A stretch of DNA of 64,000 bases from Candidatus Cloacimonadales bacterium. Lineage in GTDB: Bacteria > Cloacimonadota > Cloacimonadia > Cloacimonadales > JAFGVF01. A program made the position numbers and the translations under genes. Location of the stretch: assembly GCA_963662585.1 (NCBI GenBank), contig OY759729.1, forward strand, positions 1,664,001-1,728,000, in the 5' to 3' direction. The notes under the pieces are model-generated. The model did not search any database. It saw only the letters and a program-made list of their open reading frames with translations, and was not told where the DNA came from. Shown here piece after piece: positions 60,258-64,000 of this stretch (position 1 is the first letter of the stretch; each line of letters begins with the position of its first letter).

Positions 60258-60258
60258 T
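60217..60258 (+). terminator. intrinsic terminator
   Basis: GCAGA..AAGGTTGGGC-TCCCC-GCCCAACCTTTCTGC followed by ATTTT. Confidence 0.8.
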
Positions 60259-60615
60259 AAGAACTTGTTTTTTATATCATTTAAGAGATTTTCTCTTATT
60301 GTGCAAAATTAACAATGAATTAAAATAAAAAATGTTTATATTTAATTTCTTTATAGCTAATAAGCTCTCTTGATAATTAGATTTTAGTATTTTTAGCAAA
60401 TTACTTCCATCCAATAAAACAATTTACTGTAAATTTCATGTACTACTTTCCCAAAAATAAAGATAACATTGTAGACACTTCTCTTATCACTAGCCAAAAT
60501 AAAACTAAACTAATATCTTAAGCAATATATTTTAAAAACTTAACTTACATATTTATCAGTATTTTACAATATCTTTAAAGTATTTTTTTGAAAATTAGTT
60601 GAAATATAATTTGTT

Positions 60616-60631
60616 TGGAATAACTATTGCA
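60616..60631 (+). promoter_or_regulatory. putative sigma54 promoter of the standalone repeat copy
   Basis: TGGAATAACTATTGCA (GG-N10-GC); predicted +1 near 60642. Confidence 0.6.
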
Positions 60632-60641
60632 TTATTATATA

Positions 60642-60758
60642 AGCGTATCGTCTAGAAACCAAAACATATAACCAAACCAAAAAGATGATGCTGATGAAAT
60701 AACCTCCTTGTATGCTAGCAGAGTAAGGTTGGGCTCCCCGCCCAACCTTTCTGCATTT
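60642..60758 (+). ncRNA. candidate ~115-nt sigma54-dependent small RNA (copy 2 of the repeat)
   Basis: Sigma54 motif upstream, no gene-length ORF or RBS, A/C-rich 5' part, ACCTCCTT anti-SD, terminator hairpin. Confidence 0.55.
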
Positions 60759-60778
60759 ATAGCCACATTTAATTTAAA

Positions 60779-61474
60779 CTATTTATTCCAATATTCATTT
60801 TCAGAATATTCTTCTTTTAACTGCTTCTCTAAAGCTTTATACTCTTTCTTCTTCTTATTAGCTTTTAAGATTTCTAATTTTAGGAACTTCTCCTCTTCTG
60901 AAGAAAACTCTTCTTCTGGATCTTCAGTATCTTTTCCTTTGTAAGACATAGCAGTTTCAAAACTTTTTAAAGCAGCTTTATTATTCTTTAATTTTAACTG
61001 TGTTCTTGCTAACCAAAGATAAGCATCATAATGTTCAACCCTAGTTTCAATAGCTTTTTCAAGAGCTTTCTCAGCATTTTCCCAATCTTCTAAATTATAA
61101 TAAGCTTCACCTTTATGTCTCCAAGGACAAGACCAATCAGTAAAGTTTGTGTTCAATACTTCATAATGGGCGATAGCTTCATCATATTTTCCCAGAGAAA
61201 GGTAGATATTGGCTAACTGAAATCTTTGAGCAGGCTGTAAATTATCAGAAATTTCCTCTAATTTGTTAATAGCCTTACTCATTTCATTATAATGAAGAAG
61301 TAATAGATTTAAATTTGCTGATGCCACATCTTCTGATTGATCAGCATCATCCAGAAGGGCTTTCACATTCTCTAAGTTAGAGTCATTAAAATAGTTATTA
61401 AGTAATTCCGAACTATCTCCAAAGACAAGACCAAGGCCCAATAAACAGATACACAACAATAAAACTTTTTTCAT
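60779..61474 (-). CDS. secreted tetratricopeptide repeat protein
   Basis: Signal peptide; TPR patterns LANIYLSLGKYDEAIAHY, KGEAYYNL..AEKALEKAI. Confidence 0.85.
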   Translation of the reverse strand: MKKVLLLCICLLGLGLVFGDSSELLNNYFNDSNLENVKALLDDADQSEDVASANLNLLLLHYNEMSKAINKLEEISDNLQPAQRFQLANIYLSLGKYDEAIAHYEVLNTNFTDWSCPWRHKGEAYYNLEDWENAEKALEKAIETRVEHYDAYLWLARTQLKLKNNKAALKSFETAMSYKGKDTEDPEEEFSSEEEKFLKLEILKANKKKKEYKALEKQLKEEYSENEYWNK

Positions 61475-61634
61475 ACGAACTCCTAATTAATTTATGAAAC
61501 CAAATTTAAATTAGCAAAAATGATTGTCAAACATTATTAATATTTAAAATGTTATCTAAGAATAACATAAAGATATCAGTATTTATCTTTTTCACTTAAT
61601 CTTAAAAAAAATAGACCTCTAACAACAGCCTAAA

Positions 61635-61701
61635 ATTCCTAAAGGGAATAAGTAGATTAGCCTAGATATTGTATCCTGACCCCATTTAAGGGATATAAGA
61701 A
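61635..61701. repeat. degenerate, internally deleted copy of the 5155-5413 element
   Basis: CCTAAAGGGAATAAGTAGATTAGCCT resembles the left arm; GGGATATAAGAA matches the right end and flank. Confidence 0.45.
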
Positions 61702-61907
61702 AATTACATTCTGCATATACATAAAAAATATTAATATAGTTTATCAATATTTTCCATTATGGTAAATGACAGAATACTGAACTGTGTAAATAATTTAAAC
61801 AGTCTCTTTCTTAGGCTTCTTCTATCAGTAATTAATTCCTTGTCAAAATAGCCTCCTTCATTATATTAGCTATAATAAGTAAAAAAGAAAATAAAGAGAG
61901 TTAAGTA

Positions 61908-63611
61908 ATGCCAAAGAAGATATATCTGCTTTTATTCCTAATAGTTTCTATTTCTCAGTTAATTTCTACTGAATGGACCATTCTTATCTATATGGCTGCT
62001 GATAATGGACTGCATAGTTATGCTATTGAGGATATAGAAGAGATGGAGCTTTCTCAATTTGGCTCAGAGGCAAATATAATAGTGCAAATGGATGGAGATC
62101 AAAACAGTAACCGTCCTAGTACATATAGATATAAAATTAACTATCATCCTGAAGAAGGCATTCAATCAACCACTATTTCTAATTTGGGAGAAAGTAATTC
62201 AGGTTCTTATCTTACATTAAAGAATTTTGTAGAATGGGGATTTAATCGCTATAAATCAGAGAAAAAAGCACTTGTAGTATGGTCTCATGCTAATGGCTGG
62301 GCTAAAGATATTAAAGGTAAGGGAATTGCTCCAGATAATGATTCAGAGAGCTTCATCAGTATGTCTGAACATCAAATGCAGGCTGCTTTAAGCAAAAATC
62401 CTCTTGATATATTAATTTATGATGCTTGTAATATGCAAAGTGTTGAAAATCTCACTGAACTCAAAGGAATTGCTGATTATATTATTGGTTCGGAAGAGAC
62501 TGTTCCGGTAACAGGACTCCCCTACTCTCAGGTATTCGATTATTGGTCAGAAGCTGAAAATATTGATAGTCTAGTGGTTAATATCCCAAAAATATATGTT
62601 GATGCCTATCGTCCCGGAAATCTCTATAATCCTGGACCAAATCTTCGAAGAATAACCTCTTCAACTGCGAGAATGGAGAATTTTGCTGATTTTGAACTCT
62701 CACTCAATAACTATCTGAGTAAGTGGAGTCAACAAACAGACTTATTTATTGCTGCTCGAGAAAATATTAATGAGTTTGGCATAAGTTACTCAGATATTGA
62801 CATTAAGGAGTTATTGCAGTATTTAGTCATAAATAGTAGCAATCTAGAGCTTAGAAACGATAGTGAGCTATTATATAATGAATTAGAGAATATATTTATC
62901 AGTCACGACTCCTCATCTTTTAATTATAAAGTGGGAGTAGCTTCCCTTTGGTTCCCTAGATACTCCTATCAGTTTCAAAACAACTGGCAAATATATCGTA
63001 ATTTAAACTTCGCTCAGGGAGAAATAGGTAATTTCCTAAATAAATTCTTAGGTCCTGATCAAATAGCGCCCTTTCCTTTTGCTATAACTAGAAGCTTAGT
63101 CTTAAATGAAACTATTTACTTGGAATGGGAAAATAATCTCGATCCAGACCCTTTAACCTATTACCTAAATTTTAATTTTATAGATGGTAGTTCACGGGTG
63201 CTTACTCTTATCAATGCAGATTCTTTTGAAACTACTGTCCAACAAGCAGGTAAGATTTATATTGTAGCAGAAGATGCTTCCGAAAATAGAACAATTAGCG
63301 AAACTATGGCTTTTGATGTTTCCCAAAATTATGGGAAAGTCTATATTGCTCCTAATCCTATCAAGAATATTGATCAAGGAAAGCTAATTATCTATGATAC
63401 TAATATTGGAGGAAAAGAGGCTGAATTAGGCATTTATTCCATAAGTGGAAAAGAGATAAGTTTAACAAAATTAAGGCTTACAGACCAGCAAAATGAACAC
63501 AGAATAGAGCTTTCAGAGCTACTACCACGAAAACTTAGTCAAGGAGTATATCTCTGTATCGTTAAAATAGAAAATTCCCTCTACAAAACTAAATTCTCTC
63601 TTGAATATTAA
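61908..63611 (+). CDS. clostripain-family (C11) cysteine peptidase, secreted, with C-terminal sorting-like domain
   Basis: WTILIYMAADN, WSHANGW (His), YDACNM (Cys), GSEE; IAPNP...GVYL C-terminus. Confidence 0.9.
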   Translation: MPKKIYLLLFLIVSISQLISTEWTILIYMAADNGLHSYAIEDIEEMELSQFGSEANIIVQMDGDQNSNRPSTYRYKINYHPEEGIQSTTISNLGESNSGSYLTLKNFVEWGFNRYKSEKKALVVWSHANGWAKDIKGKGIAPDNDSESFISMSEHQMQAALSKNPLDILIYDACNMQSVENLTELKGIADYIIGSEETVPVTGLPYSQVFDYWSEAENIDSLVVNIPKIYVDAYRPGNLYNPGPNLRRITSSTARMENFADFELSLNNYLSKWSQQTDLFIAARENINEFGISYSDIDIKELLQYLVINSSNLELRNDSELLYNELENIFISHDSSSFNYKVGVASLWFPRYSYQFQNNWQIYRNLNFAQGEIGNFLNKFLGPDQIAPFPFAITRSLVLNETIYLEWENNLDPDPLTYYLNFNFIDGSSRVLTLINADSFETTVQQAGKIYIVAEDASENRTISETMAFDVSQNYGKVYIAPNPIKNIDQGKLIIYDTNIGGKEAELGIYSISGKEISLTKLRLTDQQNEHRIELSELLPRKLSQGVYLCIVKIENSLYKTKFSLEY

Positions 63612-63706
63612 GTATTAGTTAATATTATTTTAAGCTTGATCTTGTTTTATTAAAAATCCCTAAATTTTACCCTACTAAATATCTGCTAAATTGCTATTTA
63701 GGAAAG

Positions 63707-63897
63707 TGTGGATAAAATTTTATCTGTAAAATGTGGAAAAAACAAGTTTAGAATTTCCTAATTATCGTCTAAATATACATCTACACTTATGTGGATAATG
63801 TGGATAACTTGTGGGCAACTCTTTTATAAGCAAGCTAATTTCAAACATAATTTACTATTTATCATATACTTATAAATTTTGTGGATAATGTGCACAA
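63707..63897 (-). other. DnaA-box cluster, probable replication origin (oriC) or part of it
   Basis: Perfect TGTGGATAA (= TTATCCACA) at 63707, 63790, 63799, 63880; imperfect boxes at 63732, 63810, 63889; AT-rich non-coding context. Confidence 0.8.
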
Positions 63898-64000
63898 ACT
63901 ATGTAAGCAATAATTAATTATCAAATCTAAAGCTACCATCTTATTTGGATTAAGCATGATATCTAAAGTACAAAAGTGTCGCTCCTCTGGAGCTTGGTGA

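Noticed and set aside
60144..60758. Diversity-generating retroelement (VR/TR pair at a gene 3' end, with an RT in the window)
   Set aside because: Only two mismatches, both outside the coding part; the A residues are in the gene copy rather than the putative template; the only RT is a group II intron maturase 40 kb away inside its own intron
63976..64000. Start of a tRNA or ncRNA at the window edge
   Set aside because: GCTCCTCTGGAGC is a short REP-like hairpin, truncated by the window, with no tRNA features visible

Overview
AT-rich bacterial chromosomal segment. The secreted proteins with 'YPNPFN...KKMMLMK' (T9SS-A/FlgD-Ig-like) C-terminal sorting domains, plus kdsB and a selenoprotein, suggest Candidatus Cloacimonadota (inference). 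It appears to lie just left of oriC: a DnaA-box cluster at 63.7-63.9 kb, a parS palindrome at 40.5 kb, mnmG, and mostly leftward genes. Housekeeping genes include cca, kdsB, mnmG, engB, queD, glnA, tyrS, fmt, def, yajC and rnhC. Accessory DNA comprises a left-end operon (MORN-repeat protein, divergent MetK-like protein, two paralogous SAM-binding-like proteins), a decayed PLD-SNF2 helicase, a class IIC group II intron behind a terminator, an IS1182 inserted in a REP mosaic, and an AlwI-family R-M cluster. Top observations: (1) a 114-bp copy of the 3' end and terminator of a gingipain-family gene recurs 501 bp downstream; both copies follow a correctly spaced sigma54 -24/-12 motif and carry an anti-Shine-Dalgarno seed, making a candidate two-copy sigma54 sRNA tied to sigma54 motifs before the secreted peptidases; (2) a secreted UxxC selenoprotein truncated by the ORF track, with a SECIS-like hairpin; (3) the pseudo-MetK/methyltransferase-like operon; (4) an unnamed ~115-bp dispersed repeat. 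All family calls come from motif recognition by eye; no database searches were run.
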